64,000 nucleotides of DNA from Candidatus Poriferihabitaceae bacterium (GCA_965203265.1 CBDBBV010000002.1:49299-113298), one strand, 5' to 3'. Shown: positions 26,442-36,286, counted from the first letter of the stretch. Notes: generated by a model not told the origin, from the sequence alone. Program-made: numbers and translations.

Positions 26442-27515
26442 ATGGCTAAAATCACCATGCGCCGACTGCTCGAAGCCGGCGCGCACTTCGGCCACCAGAC
26501 TCGTTACTGGTGTCCCAAAATGAAGCCGTACATCTTCGGCGACCGCAACAAAATCCACATCATCAATCTGGAAAAGACCCTGCCGATGCTACGGCGGGCG
26601 GTGGATTACCTCGGCAGCGTGGCCGCTCAGGGCGGCAAGATATTGTTCGTCGGCACCAAGCGACAGGCCGGAAAAACCCTGCGCGAGCACGCCATTCGCT
26701 GCGGCGCCCCATTTGTGGACAAGCGCTGGCTCGGCGGAATGCTGACCAACTACCAGACGGTGCGCAATTCGATCACCAGATTGAAGGACTTGGAGCAGCA
26801 GATCGAATCCGGCGCCACCGCCCGGCTGAGCAAGAAGGAAGCCCTCACCCTCGAACGCGAGCGCGCCAAGCTGGACAAGACCCTGTCCGGCATCAAGAAC
26901 ATGGACGGCCTGCCGGATGTGCTCTTCGTCATCGATGTGGAGCAGGAATACATCGCCGTTTCCGAGGCCAACAAATTGGGCATACCGGTGGTCGCGGTGG
27001 TGGACACCAACTGCTCGCCGGACGGCATCGACTACATCATCCCCGGCAACGACGACTCGGCTCGAGCGATCCTCCTCTATGTGGAAGCCGCCGCCGACAG
27101 CATCGCCGAAGCGCGCGCCTCGGCGCAGGTGGCCGCGGCGATGGTGCTCGGCGAGGACGAATACATCGAGGTGGACGAGGGCGGCGCGGTGGTCGATGCA
27201 CCGACACCGGCACAAGCCGCGGCGAAAGCGCTTGCGGCGCAAACCGAGACGGCGGCCGAGGCATCGGGCGAACCTGCCGCCTCGGGCGAGGCCGCCCAGT
27301 CCACGGAAAAGAAAAAGAAGGTAACCAGCAAACGGGCGCCGAGAAAGAAAGTAGTCGCGAAGAAATCCGAAACAGCCGCTACCGCCAAACGCAAAACCGG
27401 CAAGACCAAGGCTGCCGAGAGCAAAACCGATACGGCCGAGTCAACCGAGGCCAAAGCCGCCGAGGCCAAAGGCACCGAAGGCAAGGCCGCCGAGGGCAAG
27501 GCGGACGAAAGCTGA
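26442..27515 (+). CDS. rpsB: 30S ribosomal protein S2 with a long Ala/Lys/Glu-rich C-terminal extension
   Basis: [33 protein letters not shown].. is canonical S2. The ORF is 357 aa, with roughly the last 110-120 aa low-complexity (..[39 protein letters not shown]..). Confidence 0.9.
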   Translation: MAKITMRRLLEAGAHFGHQTRYWCPKMKPYIFGDRNKIHIINLEKTLPMLRRAVDYLGSVAAQGGKILFVGTKRQAGKTLREHAIRCGAPFVDKRWLGGMLTNYQTVRNSITRLKDLEQQIESGATARLSKKEALTLERERAKLDKTLSGIKNMDGLPDVLFVIDVEQEYIAVSEANKLGIPVVAVVDTNCSPDGIDYIIPGNDDSARAILLYVEAAADSIAEARASAQVAAAMVLGEDEYIEVDEGGAVVDAPTPAQAAAKALAAQTETAAEASGEPAASGEAAQSTEKKKKVTSKRAPRKKVVAKKSETAATAKRKTGKTKAAESKTDTAESTEAKAAEAKGTEGKAAEGKADES

Positions 27516-27555
27516 TTCATTCCCCTATCAACATGACCCCCAAGAGATAACACCG

Positions 27556-28458
27556 ATGGCAATTACCGCATTACAGATCAAGGAACTGCGCGCGCGCACC
27601 GGCGCAGGCGTGATGGACTGCAAGAAGGCGCTGGGCGAAAGCGGCGGCGACTTGGAGGCCGCCGTCGAGACCTTGCGCAAGAAGGGCATCGCCACGGCGG
27701 AAAAGAAGGCTGGGCGAATCGCCGCCGAGGGCGTGATCGCATTCGCCGGCAGCGCCGACGCCGGCGTGTTGGTGGAGATCAACTGCGAAACCGATTTCGT
27801 CGCCAAGGACGCCGACTTCAATGTATACGCCGGCCAAGTCGCCGAAGCGATTCTCGCGGCTCGGCTCAACGACCTCGGCGACCTCGACGACCTCGGCGCC
27901 GTAGCCGACTTGGTCGTGGACGGCGGCGGCACGGTCGAATCGGCTCGCCGGGAACTGATTGCCAGAGTGGGCGAGAACATCAGCGTGCGCCGCTTCGCCG
28001 TGTCGGCGGTGGCCGGAGAAGGCGTCGTCGGCGCCTACCTGCACGGCACCCGCATCGGCGTTCTGGTCAAACTGGGCGGCAGCGCGGACAGCCGCTTGGC
28101 GCGGGATGTGGCCATGCACATCGCGGCCAGCCGTCCGCTGTGCATCGGCGAGCAAGACATGCCGGCGCAGGTGCTGGAAAAGGAGCGGGCGATCTTTACC
28201 GCCCAAGCCGAGGAAAGCGGCAAGCCCGCGAACATCGCGCAGAAAATCGTGGAGGGGCGGATACGCAAATTCCTCGCCGAAAACACCCTGCTGGGGCAGC
28301 CGTTCGTGAAGAATCCGGAGCAGAGCGTGGGCGAACTGCTGGCCGCCGCCGGTGCCACGGTCGAGGGGATGGAGCGCTTCGAGGTGGGCGAGGGACTGGA
28401 AAAGCGCGACGACGATTTTGTCGCCGAAGTGATGGCGCAGGCGAGCCAAGCGGACTAA
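27556..28458 (+). CDS. tsf: Elongation factor Ts
   Basis: MAITALQIKELRARTGAGVMDCKKALGESGGDLEAAVETLRKKG is the canonical EF-Ts UBA-like N terminus. Confidence 0.9.
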   Translation: MAITALQIKELRARTGAGVMDCKKALGESGGDLEAAVETLRKKGIATAEKKAGRIAAEGVIAFAGSADAGVLVEINCETDFVAKDADFNVYAGQVAEAILAARLNDLGDLDDLGAVADLVVDGGGTVESARRELIARVGENISVRRFAVSAVAGEGVVGAYLHGTRIGVLVKLGGSADSRLARDVAMHIAASRPLCIGEQDMPAQVLEKERAIFTAQAEESGKPANIAQKIVEGRIRKFLAENTLLGQPFVKNPEQSVGELLAAAGATVEGMERFEVGEGLEKRDDDFVAEVMAQASQAD

Positions 28459-28473
28459 GCGGACTAGGACTAG
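28450..28473. repeat. Short tandem repeat GCGGACTAA/GCGGACTAG/GACTAG spanning the tsf stop codon
   Basis: Read directly. The TAA stop at 28456-28458 is part of the first unit. The core GCGGACT(A/G)AG resembles the nonamer at 23605-23631. Confidence 0.8.
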
Positions 28474-28519
28474 CGGGAACGCCGCGAATTCCACCGGCCC
28501 TGACGGATTTTCTCCGAAC

Positions 28520-29077
28520 ATGATCGACGATATCCAACAAGACGCCGAGGCGCGCATGACTCGCACCATCGAGGCCACGCGCGATGAAATGAATCGGATT
28601 CGAACCGGGCGCGCTTCCACCGCGCTGCTCGACCACATCTTGGTGGACTACTACGGCGCGCAGACTCCCATCAATCAGGTGGCCACCGTGGCGGTGGCCG
28701 ATGCCCGAACGCTGACCGTGCAACCGTGGGAGAAGAAGATGCTGGAGGGGGTGGAAAAGGCCATTCTCGAATCGGGCCTCGGCCTCAATCCGGTAACCGC
28801 CGGTGCGGTCATGCGCATACCCCTGCCGCCGATGACCGAGGAGCGGCGCCGGGAACTCGGCCGGGTGGTCAAGCGGGAGGGCGAAAATGGTCGGGTGGCG
28901 ATTCGCAACATTCGCCGCGACGCCATCCAGACGGTGCGCGAACTGCTCAAGGAAAAGGAGATCGGGCAGGATCAGGAAAAACGGGCGGAAGGCGCGCTGC
29001 AAGCCCTGACCGACCGGTACATTTCCCGCATAGACGAAATCGTCAGCGACAAGGAGAAGGAAGTGATGGAACTGTAG
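28520..29077 (+). CDS. frr: Ribosome recycling factor
   Basis: 185 aa, with ..RTGRASTALLDHILVDYYGAQTPINQVATV..IPLPPMTEERRRELGRVVK..IRNIRRDA. Confidence 0.9.
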   Translation: MIDDIQQDAEARMTRTIEATRDEMNRIRTGRASTALLDHILVDYYGAQTPINQVATVAVADARTLTVQPWEKKMLEGVEKAILESGLGLNPVTAGAVMRIPLPPMTEERRRELGRVVKREGENGRVAIRNIRRDAIQTVRELLKEKEIGQDQEKRAEGALQALTDRYISRIDEIVSDKEKEVMEL

Positions 29078-29139
29078 CGGCAGTTTCCACGCCGCCCGTC
29101 GCCCGCTGCCCACGGCTTGTTGCTCGCTGCAAATGAACC

Positions 29140-29910
29140 ATGACATCGAACACCCTACAATTCCCCGCCTCGCAAGACGCTTCGAGCGACAAGCCGCGCC
29201 ATGTTGCGGTGATCATGGATGGAAACGGCCGCTGGGCCAGGCAACACGGCCTGCCGCGCATCGCCGGCCACCGCCGGGGAGTCGAGGCGGTCAAGAACAT
29301 CGCACCGGCCATCGTCAAGCGCGGCATCCCCTACCTCACCCTGTTCGCCTTCAGCAGCGAAAATTGGCGACGGCCGAGTCAGGAAGTCGCCCTATTGGTG
29401 GAGCTGCTCGCCGCCACGCTGGAGAATGAAACTCAGCTGCTGCAACGCCACGACATGCGCCTGCGCGTGATCGGCGACCTGTCCAAATTCCCCCGCCGAC
29501 TGCAACGCAAGGTCGCCGAATCCGTCGACCTGACGCGCCGCAATCAGGCGTTGCAACTGACCATCGCGCTCAACTACGGCGGGAGATGGGACATGACGCA
29601 GGCGTGCCGCTCGCTGGCCGAGCAGGTGGCGCGCGCGGAAATTTCGCCGAGCGAGATTACTCCGGCCACTATCCAGTCGCGCCTGTGCACCCGCGAGCTG
29701 CCGGAACCCGATCTGTTCATCCGCACCGGCGGCGAGCAGCGAATCAGCAATTTCCTGTTGTGGCAACTGGCCTATACCGAGCTGTATTTCACCGAGGCGT
29801 ACTGGCCGGATTTCGATGAACAGCACTTCGATCAGGCGCTGCGGGTATACGCCCGTCGGCAGCGTCGCTTCGGCAAGACCGGCGAGCAAGTAGCGGAATT
29901 GCAGGCATGA
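29140..29910 (+). CDS. uppS: Undecaprenyl diphosphate synthase
   Basis: HVAVIMDGNGRWA, LTLFAFSSENWRRP and RTGGEQRISNFLLWQLAYTELYF are canonical cis-prenyltransferase motifs. Confidence 0.9.
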   Translation: MTSNTLQFPASQDASSDKPRHVAVIMDGNGRWARQHGLPRIAGHRRGVEAVKNIAPAIVKRGIPYLTLFAFSSENWRRPSQEVALLVELLAATLENETQLLQRHDMRLRVIGDLSKFPRRLQRKVAESVDLTRRNQALQLTIALNYGGRWDMTQACRSLAEQVARAEISPSEITPATIQSRLCTRELPEPDLFIRTGGEQRISNFLLWQLAYTELYFTEAYWPDFDEQHFDQALRVYARRQRRFGKTGEQVAELQA

Positions 29911-30698
29911 TCAAGCGCATCGCCACCGGCTTGGCGCTGGCGCTGGCGGCGGCGCTGTTGACCTGGGGGTCACCGCCATGGTTGTTCGCCGCGCTGGCGT
30001 TGGCGTCTCTCCTCGCGGTGCTGGGCGAATGGCGGCGCCTCGCGCAGGCGCCCGCAGGCGCGGCGATCGGAGTCGGCGGGGCGCTGGTCGTCCTCGCGCT
30101 CGTGTTATTCCTGCAGATACAAAAACTGCCCATGCTGTGTCTCGCCGGACTGCTGTTCTGGATGTATCTAGGGGTCGATCTCGCCCGCAACAAACTGGGC
30201 GACAAGCCGGGGGCGCTGCGCAGTCTGGTTCAGGGCGGCTTCATCTGCCTGTTCGCTTGGGGCGCGCTGGTGCTCATGCGAATCGAGCACGGCGCGGCCA
30301 TGACCATCGCCATGCTGGCGGTGGTGTGCAGCGCGGATATCTTCGCCTACTGCATCGGCAAGCGTTTCGGCAGGCGCAAGCTGGCGCCCGCCGTCAGCCC
30401 CGGCAAGACCGTCGAAGGGTTGATAGGCGGCCTCGTTTGCGCCGCTGTAGTCGCGTTGCTACTGGCGATTTTTGCGCTTGATCTAGCGGCGCCCGCCGTG
30501 CGCGGCTGGCTGCTGGCGTCCCTCCTCGCGGTGCTGTTCGGCGTAGTCGGCGACCTGTATGCCAGCAAACTGAAGCGCCACGCCGGCGTCAAGGACAGTG
30601 GCCGCCTGCTGCCGGGGCACGGCGGCATTCTCGATCGGGTGGACGGCCTGCTGGCGGCGGCTCCGGCGTTCGCCGTCATCTGGGGGTTGGCGGCATGA
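29907..30698 (+). CDS. cdsA: Phosphatidate cytidylyltransferase
   Basis: Multi-pass membrane protein with the CdsA signature SKLKRHAGVKDSGRLLPGHGGILDRVDGLL. ATGA overlap with uppS. Confidence 0.9.
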   Translation: MIKRIATGLALALAAALLTWGSPPWLFAALALASLLAVLGEWRRLAQAPAGAAIGVGGALVVLALVLFLQIQKLPMLCLAGLLFWMYLGVDLARNKLGDKPGALRSLVQGGFICLFAWGALVLMRIEHGAAMTIAMLAVVCSADIFAYCIGKRFGRRKLAPAVSPGKTVEGLIGGLVCAAVVALLLAIFALDLAAPAVRGWLLASLLAVLFGVVGDLYASKLKRHAGVKDSGRLLPGHGGILDRVDGLLAAAPAFAVIWGLAA

Positions 30699-31960
30699 CC
30701 GATGCGGTCGTCATTCTCGGCGCAACCGGCTCCATCGGCGTCAACACGCTGGATGTGATCCGGCGTCATCCCGACAAATATCGGGTGGCCGGACTCTCGG
30801 CCAACGACAACTGGGTGGCGATGTGCCGACTGTGCCTCGAATTCGATCCCGAGCTGGCGGTGCTGGCGGATCCCGCCGCCGCCGCGCGCCTCGCCGACGA
30901 ATTGTCCGCCGCCAAGACCAAAACGAAGACGAGGGCGCGCACGCGCGTGCTGGGCGGATCCGAGGCGCTGTGCGAGCTGGCCGGTAGCGCCGCCGACATC
31001 GTGGTGTGCGGGATTGTCGGCGCCGCCGGCCTGCGCTCCACTTTGGCGGCGGTGCGCGCCGGCGGCAAGGTGCTCATCGCCAACAAGGAGCCGCTGGTGA
31101 TGCTCGGCCAGTCGATCATGGACGAGGCGCGGGCGCACGGCGCCACGGTGATCCCTCTGGACAGCGAACACAACGCCATGTTCCAGTGCCTGCCGCACAA
31201 CCTGCCTGCGGGCGGCGGCACTGGTGAGACCGGCATTCGCAAGATATTGCTGACCGGCTCCGGCGGCCCCTTCCGGCGGTTGCCGCCGGACGATTTCCCG
31301 CTGGTTACTCCGGCGCAGGCGCGCGCCCATCCGAACTGGGATATGGGGCCGAAAGTTTCCGTGGACTCCGCCACCATGATGAACAAGGGGCTGGAGCTGA
31401 TCGAGGCGTGCGCGCTGTTTTCGCTGGATGCCGACGACATTGAAATCGTGATTCATCCGCAAAGCGTCATTCATTCTCTGGTCGAGTACATAGACGGCTC
31501 GGTGCTGGCGCAACTCGGCAGCCCGGACATGCGGGTTTCCATCGCCCACGCGCTGGGTTGGCCGCGACGGGTGGATTCCGGTGCCCGCCGGTTGAATCTG
31601 CTCGAATGCGCCCGTCTCGATTTCGAGGCGCCGGATCATCGGCGCTTCCCGGCGCTCGGCTTGGCGCGGGCGGCGGCGCGAGCCGGCGGCACCATGCCGG
31701 CGGTGATGAATGCGGCCAACGAGGTGGCGGTGGCGGCATTCCTCGACAACCGCCTCGGATTCGACAAAATTCCGCAGGTGGTGGAGCGCGTCATGGAGCG
31801 CGCGCCGGTTGAGGGCGAGTGCGATGCGGACGGCGTGCTGGCGGCGGATCGGCAGGCGCGCCGGTTGTGTCGCCGGTTGTTGCCGGTGGGTGCGGTCGCT
31901 CAGGCCGCTCAGTCCGCGCCGGTTGCCGCGGAATTTGCCGACGGGCGGGAAGCACCGTGA
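30695..31960 (+). CDS. dxr: 1-deoxy-D-xylulose 5-phosphate reductoisomerase
   Basis: VVILGATGSIGVNTLDVI, LANKEPLVM, IPLDSEHNAMFQC, LTGSGGPFR, HPNWDMGPKVSVDSATMMNKGLE. Confidence 0.9.
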   Translation: MTDAVVILGATGSIGVNTLDVIRRHPDKYRVAGLSANDNWVAMCRLCLEFDPELAVLADPAAAARLADELSAAKTKTKTRARTRVLGGSEALCELAGSAADIVVCGIVGAAGLRSTLAAVRAGGKVLIANKEPLVMLGQSIMDEARAHGATVIPLDSEHNAMFQCLPHNLPAGGGTGETGIRKILLTGSGGPFRRLPPDDFPLVTPAQARAHPNWDMGPKVSVDSATMMNKGLELIEACALFSLDADDIEIVIHPQSVIHSLVEYIDGSVLAQLGSPDMRVSIAHALGWPRRVDSGARRLNLLECARLDFEAPDHRRFPALGLARAAARAGGTMPAVMNAANEVAVAAFLDNRLGFDKIPQVVERVMERAPVEGECDADGVLAADRQARRLCRRLLPVGAVAQAAQSAPVAAEFADGREAP

Positions 31961-33312
31961 GCGGGTTCACCTCCAGTTTGTTGGGGTTTGTCGTCGCCAT
32001 CGCCATTTTGGTAACGGTGCACGAATACGGCCATTTTCAGGTGGCGCGCCGCCTCGGCGTCAAGGTGCTCAAGTTTTCCATCGGCTTCGGCCCGGCGCTG
32101 TTCAAATGGCGGCGCAGGGATGATCCGACCGAGTATTGCATCGGCCTGATCCCGCTGGGCGGCTATGTCAAGATGCTCGACGAACGAGAGGGCGAGGTGG
32201 AGGCCGAGGAGCGCGAGATGGCCTTCAACCGCAAGTCTCTGGCGGCGCGCAGCGCCATCGTCGTCGCCGGCCCGGCCTACAATTTCCTCTTCGCCATCTT
32301 CGCCGTGTGGCTGATGTTCGTGGTCGGCAGCGACGATATCGAGCCGGTGGTGGGCGCCGTGGCCGAGAGTTCGGTGGCGCAAATCGCCGGATTTCGAGTC
32401 GGAGATCGCATCGTCGGCGTGGACGGGCGCGAGGTGAGCACCTGGAGCCAGCACCAGATCTACCTGCTGCATCAGGCCATGCGCGGCAAGGTCATCGACT
32501 TCGAGGTGGTCGGCAGCGACGATAGCGGCGGCAGCGGCAGTCGGCGCAACATTCCGATCGATTTCGGCGCGGTCGAGCAATACGCCATCGGCGGCGCGCC
32601 CGTTACCGCGCACATCGGCCTGCGCCCAACCGCCCCCGCGGCCACGGTGTTCCGGTTGGTGGAGAATTCGCCGGCGGCCGAGGCCGGATTGCAGCGGGGG
32701 GACGCGATCATCGCCATCGACGGCGAGCCGGTGCGCGACTGGTTTCATCTGGTGCAGCGAGTGTCGAGCCGACCGGGGCAGAAATTGTCGTTGTCCGTGC
32801 GCCGAGGCGATCTCGAAATCGAAACCGAATTGACCACCGAGGCGGTCGTCGTCGACGGCGAAAGATACGGCCGCATGGGCCTGTACCGCCCGCCGCTGGA
32901 GAACGCTCGATTGCGCTATGGCCCGCTGGCCGCAATCCCCGCCTCCCTCGACTACAACTGGCGCACCACCGTGGTTACCCTGCGCTCCCTCGGGCGGATG
33001 CTGAGCGCGCGCATGTCGTCGGAGAATCTGGCGGGGCCGATCACCATCGCCCGACTGGCCGGCCAGATGGTGGAATCGGGCTATGACGATTTTCTCCGAT
33101 TTCTGGCGATCATCAGCATCAGTCTCGGGTTGATCAACCTCCTACCGATTCCGCTACTGGACGGCGGCCATTTGCTGTACTTCGCTATCGAGGCCGTGCG
33201 CGGACGCCCGCTGTCCGAGCGGAGCATGCTGCGCGGCCAGCAGATCGGCATCGTTTTGTTGGCTTTGTTGATGAGTGTGGCCTTCTACAATGATATTATG
33301 CGGCTATTCTAG
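31957..33312 (+). CDS. rseP: RIP zinc metalloprotease RseP
   Basis: The GTG at 31957 (GTGA overlap with the dxr stop) gives VSGFTSSLLGFVVAIAILVTVHEYGHFQVARRLGVKVLKFSIGFGP (HExxH site-2 protease motif). PDZ region and C-terminal NLLPIPLLDGGH are present. The upstream part of track ORF 31819 is in-frame read-through of the dxr region. Confidence 0.88.
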   Translation: MSGFTSSLLGFVVAIAILVTVHEYGHFQVARRLGVKVLKFSIGFGPALFKWRRRDDPTEYCIGLIPLGGYVKMLDEREGEVEAEEREMAFNRKSLAARSAIVVAGPAYNFLFAIFAVWLMFVVGSDDIEPVVGAVAESSVAQIAGFRVGDRIVGVDGREVSTWSQHQIYLLHQAMRGKVIDFEVVGSDDSGGSGSRRNIPIDFGAVEQYAIGGAPVTAHIGLRPTAPAATVFRLVENSPAAEAGLQRGDAIIAIDGEPVRDWFHLVQRVSSRPGQKLSLSVRRGDLEIETELTTEAVVVDGERYGRMGLYRPPLENARLRYGPLAAIPASLDYNWRTTVVTLRSLGRMLSARMSSENLAGPITIARLAGQMVESGYDDFLRFLAIISISLGLINLLPIPLLDGGHLLYFAIEAVRGRPLSERSMLRGQQIGIVLLALLMSVAFYNDIMRLF

Positions 33313-33387
33313 AACGCGCGCTCCGGCGTACCCGGCATATCCGGCGCAATCGGCGCACATGGTGAGATCCAACCCCCGGTGGTGAAT

Positions 33388-35715
33388 ATGAAGAAAATTG
33401 TCCTGACGCTACTGTTGCTCCTACCCTTCCAGACGCTGTTGGCGATCACGCCGTTCGTCATTACCGACATTCGTGTCGAGGGCCTGGAGCGTCTCGAGGC
33501 GGGCACGGTGTTCAACTACCTGCCCTTGAAGGTCGGCGACGAACTCAACGACGAGGAGGCGCGGCTGAGCATCAAGGAACTGTTCGACACCGGCTTCTTC
33601 AAGGATGTGGCGCTGGAGCAGGACGGCACGGTGTTGGTGGTCAAGGTGGTGGAGCGGCCCTCGATTTCCGAGATCACCATTTCCGGCAACAACGCCCTCG
33701 AAACCGAATCCCTCAATCAGGCTCTCGAACAGGTGGGGCTGGTGCAGGGGCGGATTTTCAACAGCGCCAGCCTCGCCCGAGTGGAGCAGGAGATCAAGAA
33801 CACCTATCTTTCGCTGGGGCGGTATTCGGCCAGCGTAACTTCCACCGTCGAGGAACTGGAGCAGCGCAATCGGGTCGCCATCACCATCGAAATCGAGGAG
33901 GGGCGGGTGGCGACCATCAAGAAGGTCAACATCATCGGCGCCACGGAGGTGCCGGTGAAAACCATCATCGAGCAGATGTCCCTGCGCGACAAGCGCGGAT
34001 TCCGGTTGTTCACCCGGCGCAACCAGTATTCCAAGCAGAAGCTGGAAGCCGATATCGAGGCCATTCGCAGCTATTACCTGAACCGCGGATTCCACGATTT
34101 CAAGATCGCTTCGAGCAGCGTCGAGATCAGCCCCAACAAGCAGAACATATTCATCAGCATCAGCCTCGAGGAAGGCGACCGCTATGTTTTCGGCGAAACC
34201 ACCTTCGAGGTCGCCGCGGACACCGAGGTGGGCGATCTCGATCAACTGATCACCATCGAGCCGGGGACGCCGTTCTCGCGCAAGGAGGTCAACGCCAGTC
34301 GCGCCATCCTCATCGAGCGCTATGCCGACGAGGGATATGCCTTCGTCGAAGTGCGCCCGATCTATGAAACCGATCGCGACGCCAAGACGGTGCGCACCGT
34401 ATTCTCCATCGATCCGAAGAAGCGGGTGTATGTACGCAAGATCGAGATCACCGGCAACCTGTACACGCGCGATCAGGTCATCCGGCGCGAACTGCGGCAG
34501 TTCGAGGGCGGGTGGTATTCCGCCAGCGCGGTGAGCCGCTCGCGCAGCCGCCTGCGGCGTCTCGGCTATTTTCAGGATGTAACCATCGAGACGCCGAGCG
34601 TTCCGGGGAGCGACGATCAAGTCGATATGAAGGTGGTAGTCACCGAGCGCGACACCGGCTCCATCGCCTTTTCCATGGGTTATTCCGACGCCGACGGCGC
34701 CCTCTTCGGCATCACCTACGCCCAGCGCAATCTGCTCGGCACCGGGCGGGAACTGAATGTCCAGCTGAACACCTCCAGAGCCACCCGCGTGGTGGATGTG
34801 AGCTATGTGAACCCCTATCACACGCCGGACGGGGTAAGCCGAGCCATCAGCGTGTCCAACCGCCGAGTCGAAACCGAGGAGGTGAGCACCGCGGCATATG
34901 TGGTCAACACCACCGCCGCCGGGCTCAACTACAAGATTCCCATCGCCGAAACCAACTCGCTCAATCTCGGCGTCAGCGTGGAGCAAGTCGATCTCGAATC
35001 CACCACGCAGACGCCGCTGCAGATTCGCCAGATCATCGAGGACAAACCCGATGGGACGAATCTGTTGGCCAGTTTCGGCGTCTCTCGGGACACGCGCGAC
35101 GATTTCTTCTTCCCCACTCGCGGCGCCAGCGGCTCGATGGCCGTGGAATTCGCCGCTCCGGACAGCGAATATGAATACTACAAGGTGAATCTGCAGGGCG
35201 TGCAGTATGTGCCGCTGACCGACGGCGGGTTTTCCCTCAAGGGCGCGTTGGGCATCGGCTATGGCGACGGCTACGGCGATTCCGAGGGGTTGCCGCCCTT
35301 TCGCCGCTATTTTGCCGGCGGCTCGAATTCCGTGCGCGGCTATCGCGGTCGTTCCCTCGGCCCCGACTCCTGCCCCGGCACCACGCCCAACTGCACCGAG
35401 AAAGCACGCGAGCCGGTGGGCGGCGACAAACGCCTGCTGGTGAATGTCGAACTGCTGTTGCCGCCCTTTGGCGGGGACGGCGGCAAGGACAAGCGACTGG
35501 GGCTGTTCGCCGACGGCGGCATGGTGTACGGCCTGGGCGTGGGCGGCCCGGGAGACACCGTCGATGTCGGCGAACTGCGCTATTCGGCGGGGCTGGTGTT
35601 CAACTGGTTTTCCCCCATCGGGCCGTTTTCCATGAGCTACGCCGAGCCGCTCAACGACGAGGTCGGGGATGAAACCGAGAATTTCCAGATCACCGTCGGC
35701 ACGGTATTCAGGTAA
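33388..35715 (+). CDS. bamA: Outer membrane protein assembly factor BamA
   Basis: MKKIVLTLLLLLPFQTLLA (signal peptide), then ITDIRVEGLERLEAGTVFNYLPLKVGD (POTRA1). Five POTRA-like segments and a C-terminal barrel ending ..FQITVGTVFR. The ATG at 33388 is preferred over the GTG at 33379 because GGTGGTG precedes it as a Shine-Dalgarno. Confidence 0.9.
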   Translation: MKKIVLTLLLLLPFQTLLAITPFVITDIRVEGLERLEAGTVFNYLPLKVGDELNDEEARLSIKELFDTGFFKDVALEQDGTVLVVKVVERPSISEITISGNNALETESLNQALEQVGLVQGRIFNSASLARVEQEIKNTYLSLGRYSASVTSTVEELEQRNRVAITIEIEEGRVATIKKVNIIGATEVPVKTIIEQMSLRDKRGFRLFTRRNQYSKQKLEADIEAIRSYYLNRGFHDFKIASSSVEISPNKQNIFISISLEEGDRYVFGETTFEVAADTEVGDLDQLITIEPGTPFSRKEVNASRAILIERYADEGYAFVEVRPIYETDRDAKTVRTVFSIDPKKRVYVRKIEITGNLYTRDQVIRRELRQFEGGWYSASAVSRSRSRLRRLGYFQDVTIETPSVPGSDDQVDMKVVVTERDTGSIAFSMGYSDADGALFGITYAQRNLLGTGRELNVQLNTSRATRVVDVSYVNPYHTPDGVSRAISVSNRRVETEEVSTAAYVVNTTAAGLNYKIPIAETNSLNLGVSVEQVDLESTTQTPLQIRQIIEDKPDGTNLLASFGVSRDTRDDFFFPTRGASGSMAVEFAAPDSEYEYYKVNLQGVQYVPLTDGGFSLKGALGIGYGDGYGDSEGLPPFRRYFAGGSNSVRGYRGRSLGPDSCPGTTPNCTEKAREPVGGDKRLLVNVELLLPPFGGDGGKDKRLGLFADGGMVYGLGVGGPGDTVDVGELRYSAGLVFNWFSPIGPFSMSYAEPLNDEVGDETENFQITVGTVFR

Positions 35716-35729
35716 CTATTGCGGAGGCA

Positions 35730-36263
35730 TTGATGAACTTGCAATCTTTCAAACATCTTTTCTTGGCGGCGCTCCTCGCCCTGCCGGCCGTGGTCATCCC
35801 CGGCGGCAACGCGAGCGCCGAAGGCATGGGCTATGTGGACGTCCGGCGACTGCTCGATCAGGCGCCCCAGAGTCAGGACAAGCGCAGCGAACTCCAAGCG
35901 GAATTTGCCGAGCGCAATCGGGAACTGCGCGGCCAGATCGACCTACTCAAGGCGCGCGAGGACGAGCTCGAGAAAAACGGCATGTTGATGACCGCCGAGG
36001 AACTGGAAAACAAGAGCAACGAATTGCGCAGGCTGCAACGGCAGGTGAGCAACGCCCAGCGCGAATACAATGAAGACTACACCCGGCGGCAGGATCAGGA
36101 GCTGGGCAAACTGGAGCAGATCATCACCGAGGCGGTGGTCGCCGTGGCGCAGCGGGAGGAGCTGGATGTGGTGTTTCAACGGGTGGTGTACGCCAATCCG
36201 GAAATCGACCTGACCGATCAGGTGCTGGACGAGCTGAAAAGCGCCGCAGCCAATAACGAATAA
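35730..36263 (+). CDS. skp: Periplasmic chaperone Skp (OmpH)
   Basis: Signal peptide plus a long coiled-coil Gln/Glu/Arg-rich body (..LQAEFAERNRELRGQIDLLKAREDELEKNG..). The position between bamA and lpxD is diagnostic. Confidence 0.85.
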   Translation: MMNLQSFKHLFLAALLALPAVVIPGGNASAEGMGYVDVRRLLDQAPQSQDKRSELQAEFAERNRELRGQIDLLKAREDELEKNGMLMTAEELENKSNELRRLQRQVSNAQREYNEDYTRRQDQELGKLEQIITEAVVAVAQREELDVVFQRVVYANPEIDLTDQVLDELKSAAANNE

Positions 36264-36286
36264 CGAATCACGAATCACGAATCACG
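36252..36286. repeat. Heptamer tandem repeat AAT(A/C)ACG x5 spanning the skp stop codon
   Basis: AATAACG AATAACG AATCACG AATCACG AATCACG. The TAA stop at 36261-36263 lies in unit 2. Confidence 0.9.

Noticed and set aside
24921-26558. 545-aa minus-strand ORF spanning amgK, map and the rpsB leader
   Set aside because: The translation is extremely Arg/Pro/His-rich, out of frame with two well-supported genes, and crosses a divergent promoter region.
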